Shown here: positions 10,632 to 18,558 of the stretch, in pieces
How positions within the stretch are numbered: position 1 is the first letter of the stretch
How the letters are laid out: every line of letters begins with the position of its first letter
DNA from: Calditrichota bacterium
Lineage (GTDB): Bacteria; Electryoneota; AABM5-125-24; Hatepunaeales; Hatepunaeaceae
Direction: 5' to 3'
Assembly: GCA_018644935.1 (NCBI GenBank)
Contig: JABGPL010000004.1
Span: 13,741 to 77,740 of the forward strand
DNA length: 64,000 nt
The notes under the pieces: model-generated
What the model was told of the DNA's origin: nothing
Seen by the model: only the letters and a program-made list of their open reading frames with translations
Databases searched by the model: none
Made by a program: the position numbers and the translations under genes

Positions 10632-11132
10632 TCAATCTATGGTTTTGGGAATGGTTTTACCCAGGGTTAAAACATGATGACACTCACAGTCACCTCGGGG
10701 GATACACCTTTCGATAACGTACTCCAACTCAGGATTAAGACCTTTTACCAATGCGCGTTCCATTGAAGTATGGGCAGCACAGATTTCTGCATGCTCAAAT
10801 GGGTATGGACACTCCGGAACCATTATTGTCACACGGTTGTCAGTGAATTCTTTTACTTCTCCCTCAGAGCGCATGTTATTGAACACCTTCACCAAAAATA
10901 GCCCAACCCGGTTGATATCCCAGGGTTGATCATCCTTCCTCACTGAAGAAGCTATCTCTGACCCATATTCCAAACTCACTTCTCGTATCAGGTCGAGGCC
11001 ATCCTCACCATATCGTGTATAGATGGCCTCATATAATCCCTTAATTCTTCTCAGAAGTCCCTTTAGTACACCACGATATCTAACATCAAGAGGTACTTCT
11101 TCGATCTGAATATCAGATGGTAACTTGATCAC
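10632..11132 (-). CDS. ATC-hydrolase-like (L-2-amino-thiazoline-4-carboxylate hydrolase family) Cys-rich protein; last gene of the operon
   Basis: The C-terminal pattern CPYPFEHAEICAAHTSMERALVKGLNP...RCIPRGDCECHHVL resembles PF14196. This is recognised from memory only. Confidence 0.4.
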   Translation of the reverse strand: MIKLPSDIQIEEVPLDVRYRGVLKGLLRRIKGLYEAIYTRYGEDGLDLIREVSLEYGSEIASSVRKDDQPWDINRVGLFLVKVFNNMRSEGEVKEFTDNRVTIMVPECPYPFEHAEICAAHTSMERALVKGLNPELEYVIERCIPRGDCECHHVLTLGKTIPKTID

Positions 11133-11158
11133 CGTGAATCCCGGGTTTAATTAGATTT

Positions 11159-11572
11159 CTATTCGTGGGAATGATTACATCCATGACCTTGACCAGATCC
11201 ACCACCCCCACAAGCTTCTCCTGGAGTCATCAACGTCAGGTTTCCTGCAATGAGGTTTTGAACTACCGGCTTCACATCCGGACAGACTGTGTCGAGATAT
11301 ACGTCTATTCCAACTTGATTGAATCCCTGTAGTGGACGCATGCCAATCCCAGCTACAATAAGGGCATTAACATTTAATTTTGCGAGAATGTTCACCGGAA
11401 CCATGCAACCACCCTGTGAATGGTCCTGATTTGCAATCATCGAAACATCACACACCTCACCGTCCTTGACGTCAATCAAGGTAAATGCTTTACAATGTCC
11501 AAAGTGCTCTGATCTTTTACTATCCAAACCACCAGAACCATCGGATGGAACTGCTATTCTTCCGTTCTTCAA
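11159..11572 (-). CDS. NifX/NifB-C-terminal-like (dinitrogenase FeMo-cofactor-binding fold) protein with a Cys/His-rich tail
   Basis: RIAVPSDG...SEHFGHCKAFTLIDV...NALIVAGIGMRPLQGFNQVGIDVY is the typical Nitro_FeMo-Co domain pattern. The tail is CGGGGSGQGHGCNHSHE. Confidence 0.7.
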   Translation of the reverse strand: MKNGRIAVPSDGSGGLDSKRSEHFGHCKAFTLIDVKDGEVCDVSMIANQDHSQGGCMVPVNILAKLNVNALIVAGIGMRPLQGFNQVGIDVYLDTVCPDVKPVVQNLIAGNLTLMTPGEACGGGGSGQGHGCNHSHE

Positions 11573-11626
11573 TGTATTTCCTTTGACTTATTTTGGTTTA
11601 ATTCTCTCTTTTTGTGAGAGTGTTTC

Positions 11627-12016
11627 CTATTTCCTGTTCTTTCCTTCCCCTTTTCCGGTACCACATCCTGAATGGACGCTTTTCTTCATTGTTGGGGAGG
11701 ACAATTCATGTATTTCATCGTTCTGGACTCTGCTGACAGCATCAGTGGCTGTCATTCCAATACAACAATATACTTTCCAGCCCATCAATTTGACATCGGA
11801 AAAAGCCCCTGGACCTATGTTTCCGACAATCAAACGTTCGATATTGTATTTGCTGAATTGATCTACCCCATGTCGAGGTTGATCGTGACCGACACCTTTA
11901 ACAGATTCAAATGTCATGTCATCTGAATCAACGATCAGGAAGCAGTTGGAGTGCCCAAATCTTCTCGAGATCGTGGACGCAATTTCTGCTTCATTTACTG
12001 CTACAAGATATTTCAT
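11627..12016 (-). CDS. NifX/NifB-C-terminal-like protein (second paralogue)
   Basis: MKYLVAV...ISRRFGHSNCFLIVD...ERLIVGNIGPGAFSDVKLMGWKVY. The tail is HSGCGTGKGEGKNRK. Confidence 0.65.
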   Translation of the reverse strand: MKYLVAVNEAEIASTISRRFGHSNCFLIVDSDDMTFESVKGVGHDQPRHGVDQFSKYNIERLIVGNIGPGAFSDVKLMGWKVYCCIGMTATDAVSRVQNDEIHELSSPTMKKSVHSGCGTGKGEGKNRK

Positions 12017-12024
12017 TTATTCCT

Positions 12025-12390
12025 CTAAATATAATCGTGTGTGCCTAAAATAACCGGGATATTTAATTTCGCTTCAAGTTTTCCCTTCAATGCATCAAGG
12101 TCGAGAGGGCACTCACCGTGTTCCTTTGCAAGCGTAACGCATGTTCCAAAGTGTATAGCATCAACTTGATTCCCTAATCCCTCAACAACTTTGCATATCA
12201 TAGGCACCCGAGGCATAGCCAATCCCGGGCAGTCACCACAGTCAGTCATTGCAACAACTTCTATTTCCTCTTCGTGATTAGCAAATTTGCCATTCTTTAA
12301 AGGGATTGCTTTGAAACATTTTGCACAAGCAATACATGTATGATCCTTGATTCGTTTGCAGAAGAAAATTGCGATCTTTTTCTTTTTCAT
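12025..12390 (-). CDS. CGGC-domain-like Cys-rich putative metal/redox protein
   Basis: It is 121 aa long with several Cys motifs (CIACAKC, CGDCPG, GTCVTLAKEHGECP), which resembles the CGGC domain (PF08821). Confidence 0.5.
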   Translation of the reverse strand: MKKKKIAIFFCKRIKDHTCIACAKCFKAIPLKNGKFANHEEEIEVVAMTDCGDCPGLAMPRVPMICKVVEGLGNQVDAIHFGTCVTLAKEHGECPLDLDALKGKLEAKLNIPVILGTHDYI

Positions 12391-12402
12391 GGTTCACATC
12401 CT

Positions 12403-12789
12403 CTAGCCTATCAACTCTTTAACTTTTTCCAGCACAGCATCACGATCAATAGGTTTTTCAAAATATCCCGCTGGTGGACTGACCTGCTTTCTCGTTTCAA
12501 TAAATTTCTTAAAATCGCTGCGGTATCCTGTAATCATGATTACAGGGATTTCATTTGTCGTCGGATCATCATGTAGATTACGATACATCCTCACTCCCGA
12601 TTCCTCCGGCATCAATATGTCAAGGGTTATTAAATCGGGATGGTTGGCTTTTGCCTTTTCATATCCTTTTTTACCGTCCGTTGCGGAGACAACATTGTAT
12701 CCATTTGTTGTAAAAAATGTAACCAGATAAGATACTACATCCGGCTCGTCCTCAACTACGAGGATTGTTTTTAATGATTTTTCTTCCAT
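12403..12789 (-). CDS. Single-domain response regulator (CheY-like receiver)
   Basis: ILVVEDEPDV ... DLITLDILMP ... PVIMITG ... FEKP. Confidence 0.9.
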   Translation of the reverse strand: MEEKSLKTILVVEDEPDVVSYLVTFFTTNGYNVVSATDGKKGYEKAKANHPDLITLDILMPEESGVRMYRNLHDDPTTNEIPVIMITGYRSDFKKFIETRKQVSPPAGYFEKPIDRDAVLEKVKELIG

Positions 12790-12802
12790 TATATCTCCTT
12801 AT

Positions 12803-13318
12803 CTACTTGTTTAGTTTACCTTTTAGAACGTCAAGTGCTCGTTGAAGGGCTTCTTTATCTGCACCCTTCATCGCCCTTGAGAGCTCGTTATGTAATTCTT
12901 TAGGTTCTGATTCTTGTGGTTCTAATGGTTCCAATCCAAGCAACTTGCGAACTGCCGAAACATAGGAATGAGGACTAACAGGCTTCTCAAGGTAGACACC
13001 AGGACCAGACATCGTCATCTCGTCAAAGTCTGCTTTGCCCAGTTCATCACGGGCATGCCCTGTTACTGTCAATACTGGTATTTTCGAGAGAGATTTGTCT
13101 TTCTGCAACTCTCGATAACATTTTACTCCTGAATGTTTTGGCATAACCAGATCTAACGATATCAGATCCGGAAGAATACGCCTTGCCGTTTCAAGACCCT
13201 CATTTCCATCTGAGGCTGTTTCAACAATGAAACCAGCATTTTCAAGGGCAGTTCGTAAATAACTCCGAATGTCAGATTCGTCATCAACAACCAGTATTCG
13301 TTTTTTTTCTTCAGTCAT
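12803..13318 (-). CDS. Response regulator receiver protein with a short helical C-terminal extension
   Basis: ILVVDDESDI ... DLISLDLVMP ... PVLTVTG ... LEKP. Confidence 0.9.
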   Translation of the reverse strand: MTEEKKRILVVDDESDIRSYLRTALENAGFIVETASDGNEGLETARRILPDLISLDLVMPKHSGVKCYRELQKDKSLSKIPVLTVTGHARDELGKADFDEMTMSGPGVYLEKPVSPHSYVSAVRKLLGLEPLEPQESEPKELHNELSRAMKGADKEALQRALDVLKGKLNK

Positions 13319-13333
13319 TGTTAATTCTCCAGA

Positions 13334-15151
13334 TCAATCTTCTTTATTTCTTGTGAGTGAATTTCCTGCCAGAGTCTCCAGTCGATCACGAGGTAGCCGG
13401 ATGCGGAATATCGAGCCCTCATCGGGACTGGACTCAACCTCTATGGTTCCACCATGTTCTTGGATAATTTTCCTTGTGGTTAATAATCCAAGACCTGTCC
13501 CTTTTCCACCTTTCGTTGTGAAAAAGGTGGTAAACACCTTTTCTTGGATTTCAGAGTCCATTCCAGAGCCGTTATCAATAGATTCAAAAATGATTTGATC
13601 TTTATCTTCATATGTCCTCAATGTAACACGACCTCCACCTTCTTCCCGCATCAGCGCTGCATCGATTCCATTGGAGATAAGATTCGTCAAACAGGTTTCC
13701 ATCCCACTGGGATCAAGAAACGCCGGCCTGATACCTTCACCAGGCTCTAAAATCAATTCCACACCTTGATTTCTGGCTGTAACTTTGTATAAATCTATTA
13801 TATCTCGGGATATATCATTCGGGTCAACGAGTTTCAATTCGGGAAGTCGACCTTTGGCGAAACTCAGGAAGTCTTTTACAAGTGTAGTTGTCTTTTCAAA
13901 ATTGCGCTGCAATATCTCCCAGCCTTCAAGAATGAGTTCCGAATTTCCCTGCTGAAGTCCCAGATTAGCCATATACATGCCACCTTCCAAACCCATCAAC
14001 ATGTTTTTAATGGTGTGCGCGAGTCCCGCAACAGTTTGACCTACTGCTCCGAGACGTTCAGCATCAAGTTTTTCCGCTTCCAGACGTTTCATATCCCGCA
14101 TATCCTGGAGGAAGGCAGCCTTCCCTAATTTCTTGCCTCTGCTTTTAAGCTCAACCGCCCTGAATCTGACGGGGATTTCTTCGTTACTTTTTGACAATAT
14201 TGATGTTGACAAAAAATCTAATGAATCCTCATTTATCAATCCGGTTCCGCCAAACTCATCTGGCAGCATTTTCAGTAGGCTTTCAACAGATGGCATTCGT
14301 CTTGCCTTCCAGTCCAGCAATTCTCTTGCTGCGGGATTCATGATCTTCGACTCACCGCCGGAATCGACTGCAATTATTCCAGTGGCAGAGTTACTTATCA
14401 AACTTTCATAAAGGTCATGTGCCTGCTTGAGTTGACCCTCTAACTCGCGAATATCAGTAATATCTGTCGCAATCTCAATCACGTGAGCAATGCCATCTTT
14501 CTCTCGTGACAATGGTGATGTTGTCACTACGTAATGTGTCTGAGTCCCATCCTGCCTTATTCCGACTTGATTTGAAACATGCTCGCTACCATCACTGAAT
14601 GTCTCAACAGCTGGACAACTCGGGCAAATCGTTTTCCGTTTTTTGTAAACTTCAAAGCAATGCCGGTTCTGTACATCCTCACCAAATGTTCGCCGGAATT
14701 TTTCATTGGCGCGTATGATGCGAAAGTCATTATCAATTACTGTTATGTAACATGGAACGCGATCAAACAGAAGGTCGTATTCCCGTTGCCAACGGCGGGT
14801 TTCAGTTAGATCGGTGGTCATCTCCATGACATATTTGATCTGCCCGTCGTTATCATACAAAGGAGCAAGATGTGCTACATAGTGACGTGTAATTCCATGA
14901 CGGTCAATTCCAACTCCGTCTACAACTCGAACTTTTCCATCCCGGAATGTATCTAAAGCCTGACAATGTGAGCAAGGTTTATATACACCCTTGTATATTT
15001 CATAGCAGTGTCTGCCTTTCCAGTCGCCAAAGTAATCTTCAAAATTATTATTGGCGGTCATGACGTTAAAATCCCGATCAATTACTGCAAGATTGAAGGG
15101 CATTTGTTCGAATAACTCGCGACCGAAAAATTTCTCCATTTGCTCAGTCAT
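13334..15151 (-). CDS. Multi-PAS sensor histidine kinase (two Cys-motif PAS domains, one further PAS, HisKA, HATPase_c)
   Basis: The ORF track gives 13334..15205. The likely start MTEQMEKFF at 15151 overlaps the upstream stop by 8 nt. H-box GLAHTIKNML. ATPase boxes NLISNGIDA, DNGSGM and GKGTGLGL. The C-x10-C-x2-C motif occurs twice. Confidence 0.85.
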   Translation of the reverse strand: MTEQMEKFFGRELFEQMPFNLAVIDRDFNVMTANNNFEDYFGDWKGRHCYEIYKGVYKPCSHCQALDTFRDGKVRVVDGVGIDRHGITRHYVAHLAPLYDNDGQIKYVMEMTTDLTETRRWQREYDLLFDRVPCYITVIDNDFRIIRANEKFRRTFGEDVQNRHCFEVYKKRKTICPSCPAVETFSDGSEHVSNQVGIRQDGTQTHYVVTTSPLSREKDGIAHVIEIATDITDIRELEGQLKQAHDLYESLISNSATGIIAVDSGGESKIMNPAARELLDWKARRMPSVESLLKMLPDEFGGTGLINEDSLDFLSTSILSKSNEEIPVRFRAVELKSRGKKLGKAAFLQDMRDMKRLEAEKLDAERLGAVGQTVAGLAHTIKNMLMGLEGGMYMANLGLQQGNSELILEGWEILQRNFEKTTTLVKDFLSFAKGRLPELKLVDPNDISRDIIDLYKVTARNQGVELILEPGEGIRPAFLDPSGMETCLTNLISNGIDAALMREEGGGRVTLRTYEDKDQIIFESIDNGSGMDSEIQEKVFTTFFTTKGGKGTGLGLLTTRKIIQEHGGTIEVESSPDEGSIFRIRLPRDRLETLAGNSLTRNKED

Positions 15152-17009
15152 TGCACTTACTGCGGCTGAGGGGAGGCAACACCATTCTTTTACCAACCAA
15201 ATCACTTTTACTCTTTATCAGAACATCTGCATCAACAAGATCGCGTTGTCCCTCATGGCATGTTTCGCATCGAGAAAGAACAGGCTTCTCTTTCTCTACA
15301 GCCACTTGCACGTGACAATCAATACACACCATATGCATTGCTTCAGCATAACTGTTTGCCTCGTATGTTTCGATCTTAATTAATGAGCCCTGTGGGATTA
15401 AATTTTTGTGACAATAATCGCATTTTTTTGCTGAGTCGATATCTCGGATGGATGCTTTATCATGACATTCCACACAGGCAAGTTTGCCTCCATTTGGAGA
15501 TGAATGCCAATCGTGCTTAAAGGCATCGCTCGGAAGATACATATCATTATGACATTGACTACATGCGGTATTTTTATCCCTTGGTTGATTCATGTGGTGG
15601 CATTTGCTGCATGATTTGTCTTCACCATTTCGCCTGATATGTTCTTTGTGGGCAAAGGCGGTCCCAAAACCATCCCGGTTACCGTCTATCCAAAGTGTGT
15701 CGCCACCCCGAGCTTGATGCACAGGGGTTGGGTCCACACCTCTGCTCTCTGCAGGTTCCCACGAGATAAACGCAAAGGCAAATGCTGCGGCAATAATGAA
15801 CCCGAACGAATACTTTGTTCTGGCGGAAATTCCCGGTGTACCAAGCCATGTACCATCAACGGAGTGGAAATGAGGCAGTTGGGTTGGCGAAGCATCTGGA
15901 TCAGTCGGCCGGGTTTCCCAGATATTAAACCTCTCAATCATATATAAAAAAACTAAGGAAGCTCCGGCAATTACAGCAGCGGTAATAGCAATCTCTGTCC
16001 AAGCGGGAAGATATACGGTCTCGCCACGATTTATATGTACAAGCCCACCGACGTTAATCCGGTTAAGAACAATTCCCGTCACACCAGTAATTGCCACAGT
16101 CATTAAACCTGCGGCTTTTGTCCTGACATATCTGAACGACAACATCACCGTCGGGATCACAGCAACCATAGCAAGCTCAACCCAGAACATTTTGACCTGC
16201 CACTGTCCAGATCCTAATTGATCTAACTGACCCCGGATCAATAAATCACTTACTCGAATAACTAAATATGTCATGAACACCCATCTTGCTGCTGATCCTA
16301 TTTTCTCAAGAAGATCAACTTCTGGTTTGCGGCGATATAACCATGCTGTGAAGAGACTCTCAAATGTCACCATCATGAGTCCCAACCCGATAGCAGAGAT
16401 GAAAAAGATCACCGGTAGTATAGGTGTATACCAGAGGGGATGGACGTTGTATGGCATTATCAGAAACAGCGATCCCAGAGATGATTGATGCAGCGTTGAA
16501 AGTGCTATTCCGGCAATAACCAAAGGCAATCTGAGTTTGATGAGAACTTTACGTATCTTTGATAGAAAGCTGAACTCCTCTGCAGGAACAGGAAAAAATT
16601 CCATCAACAACACAGTCAGATACAACATCACACACCAACCGACTTCAAACAGTGGAGAATGAGGATTCCAGAATACAATCATGTGCCAGATATTCCAGGG
16701 CAATCCCAGATCAAACAATAATCCGAATGCCACAGCAATGTAACCAAGAAAGGCAGTAAGAACTGCGGGGCGGACGATTGAATGGAACTTTTCCAGTTTG
16801 AAGATATATACCGTAGCAGTCAGTACGAATCCTCCTGCAGCCAATGCCACCCCGCTCATTACGTCAAATCCAATCCATATCCCCCACGGAGTATTATCCG
16901 AAAGGTTCGTCGTTGATCCAAGTCCGAGCAGAAAACGGGCTACTCCAACGGCAGCTCCAACACCGATAATCATCCAGAGAATCATTTTGAAATTACGGAC
17001 TCTATTCAT
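15144..17009 (-). CDS. NrfD/DsrP/HmcC-like polytopic membrane protein fused to a C-terminal hexahaem cytochrome c domain
   Basis: About 420 aa of hydrophobic helices carry the NrfD-like N-terminus (GLGSTTNLSDNTPWGIWIGFDV). Six CXXCH motifs follow: CSKCH, CSQCH, CVECH, CDYCH, CIDCH, CETCH. The probable start MNRVRNFK at 17009 overlaps the upstream stop (17002) by 8 nt. Confidence 0.8.
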   Translation of the reverse strand: MNRVRNFKMILWMIIGVGAAVGVARFLLGLGSTTNLSDNTPWGIWIGFDVMSGVALAAGGFVLTATVYIFKLEKFHSIVRPAVLTAFLGYIAVAFGLLFDLGLPWNIWHMIVFWNPHSPLFEVGWCVMLYLTVLLMEFFPVPAEEFSFLSKIRKVLIKLRLPLVIAGIALSTLHQSSLGSLFLIMPYNVHPLWYTPILPVIFFISAIGLGLMMVTFESLFTAWLYRRKPEVDLLEKIGSAARWVFMTYLVIRVSDLLIRGQLDQLGSGQWQVKMFWVELAMVAVIPTVMLSFRYVRTKAAGLMTVAITGVTGIVLNRINVGGLVHINRGETVYLPAWTEIAITAAVIAGASLVFLYMIERFNIWETRPTDPDASPTQLPHFHSVDGTWLGTPGISARTKYSFGFIIAAAFAFAFISWEPAESRGVDPTPVHQARGGDTLWIDGNRDGFGTAFAHKEHIRRNGEDKSCSKCHHMNQPRDKNTACSQCHNDMYLPSDAFKHDWHSSPNGGKLACVECHDKASIRDIDSAKKCDYCHKNLIPQGSLIKIETYEANSYAEAMHMVCIDCHVQVAVEKEKPVLSRCETCHEGQRDLVDADVLIKSKSDLVGKRMVLPPLSRSKCND

Positions 17010-17769
17010 TATCGGTACCCTCCTGATCATTCTTCCTGCGTTGATTTTCCATGCGACGACCAATAACCCAACTTACACCTGCCATAACAGATCCCATTCC
17101 GACAAAGGCAAATGGAACGGCTTTCATTGCCGTTGATGTCCTTTCCGGAAGAGGTTTATCGCCCAGATGTTGCCCATAGGATAGGCAAGACAGATCGGTG
17201 TCTGATATGTATAGAACTTGTGAACCTCCAATTTCATGTTCACCCCAAATCCGGTCGATGTATTTATTCGGATTTCCTTTAATCCTTCTGCGAGCTTCTG
17301 CAAGCAGCTCATCCCTGTCACCAAATATTGTAGCCTGCGTTGGACATGTTTCTGTACAGGCTGGTTCTTCACCTTTGGCAACATGTTCAGCACAGAGAAT
17401 ACACTTTCGCACATAAGGAATTTGCTGATCCCAATCATAGCGGGGAATCCCATAGGGACATGCCATCATACAATAGCGACATCCCATGCATTTATCTCCG
17501 TCATATACGACAGCACCATCTTTGTTCTTCCGTAAAGCTCCGACAGGACACGCTGAAACACAGGCCGGTTCCAGACAATGCCGACACTGCTTGCGGATAT
17601 ATTTCTTTTCCGGTTTTTCTACTATTGAAGTCCAATTTCTAGCGGATAAGCCATCATCAGAATTCCATCGTCTTGGGACGGCATTTTCCAGATCATGACG
17701 CTTCTTGCAGGCAACCACACATTCGCGGCATCCCACACATTTTGTTGTATCAGTTAATATTGCTTTCAT
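17002..17769 (-). CDS. Four-cluster [4Fe-4S] ferredoxin subunit (NrfC/DsrO/HmcB-like) with a C-terminal TM helix
   Basis: CVGCRECVVAC, CRHCLEPACVSACP, CMGCRYCMMACP and CILCAEHVAKGEEPACTETCP. The C-terminal hydrophobic segment is AVPFAFVGMGSVMAGVSWVIG. No twin-arginine leader is visible. Confidence 0.85.
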   Translation of the reverse strand: MKAILTDTTKCVGCRECVVACKKRHDLENAVPRRWNSDDGLSARNWTSIVEKPEKKYIRKQCRHCLEPACVSACPVGALRKNKDGAVVYDGDKCMGCRYCMMACPYGIPRYDWDQQIPYVRKCILCAEHVAKGEEPACTETCPTQATIFGDRDELLAEARRRIKGNPNKYIDRIWGEHEIGGSQVLYISDTDLSCLSYGQHLGDKPLPERTSTAMKAVPFAFVGMGSVMAGVSWVIGRRMENQRRKNDQEGTDNE

Positions 17770-18539
17770 TAAACACTCACCTCTTCTTTCTCAGGTGTCA
17801 AATCTTCGTAAACTAAACGTGGTTTTTCCACCCATGTCGGTCGATTTTTCAGACCAAGTGTTTCGATAACCCTGCCGCCAGCACCTTTAGGGAATTTCCA
17901 ACCAATTGCAGTGACAAGTTGTGAGAATGGCATCAGGACGCAATGCGCAATTTTTGTGAATGGTATCATGACCATAATCAAATTTGCAGAATACACGTGA
18001 ATCAACATGAGCAATAGATAAGCATTAGGACTAATTGATCCATTACTGCAGATATATCCAGTCAGGAAAGGTATAATCAGCAGGATTGGCCATAAATAGT
18101 CCTGCTTTCTGCTGATAGCACGAGCGGGTTGATAAAACAGGCGCATCAGAAATAGCAGAATGCTGCAAATGATTACCGTCAGTGTTAAATTATCCGCAAA
18201 CAATTTCGGAATAGCAGAAACGGCAAATCCAGTCACATTCTTCCAAAGGAGAAGGTGTGCTGCCAGAAAAAGGGGAACAATAATCAGTCCAATATGAAAA
18301 ATCAATGATATCAGACTATATACAGGCCGTTTATTAAATAGTCGTTTTAGCGGAAAGAGCCATGAAATAGTTTTTCCAATAAGGTCTTTCCAGGGTATGA
18401 TTTTATCCTCATTACGCCTGAGTGCTTCTATCATGCCTATGATTGTCAGTAGAAAAATCCTTGTCAATCCAAGCAACATCAAAGCAAGACAAAGCCGAAA
18501 CAAAGGTCCCTGTCCAAATCCAATCCATGTCTCCAGCAT
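17769..18539 (-). CDS. NarI/DsrM/HmcE-like membrane cytochrome b subunit
   Basis: About six TM helices, with conserved His pairs in helices (SLIFHIGLIIVPLFLAAH; MLIHVYS...FTKIAH), as in the nitrate-reductase gamma family. Confidence 0.7.
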   Translation of the reverse strand: MLETWIGFGQGPLFRLCLALMLLGLTRIFLLTIIGMIEALRRNEDKIIPWKDLIGKTISWLFPLKRLFNKRPVYSLISLIFHIGLIIVPLFLAAHLLLWKNVTGFAVSAIPKLFADNLTLTVIICSILLFLMRLFYQPARAISRKQDYLWPILLIIPFLTGYICSNGSISPNAYLLLMLIHVYSANLIMVMIPFTKIAHCVLMPFSQLVTAIGWKFPKGAGGRVIETLGLKNRPTWVEKPRLVYEDLTPEKEEVSV

Positions 18540-18558
18540 CAGTTATCCTCCGTTTCTA

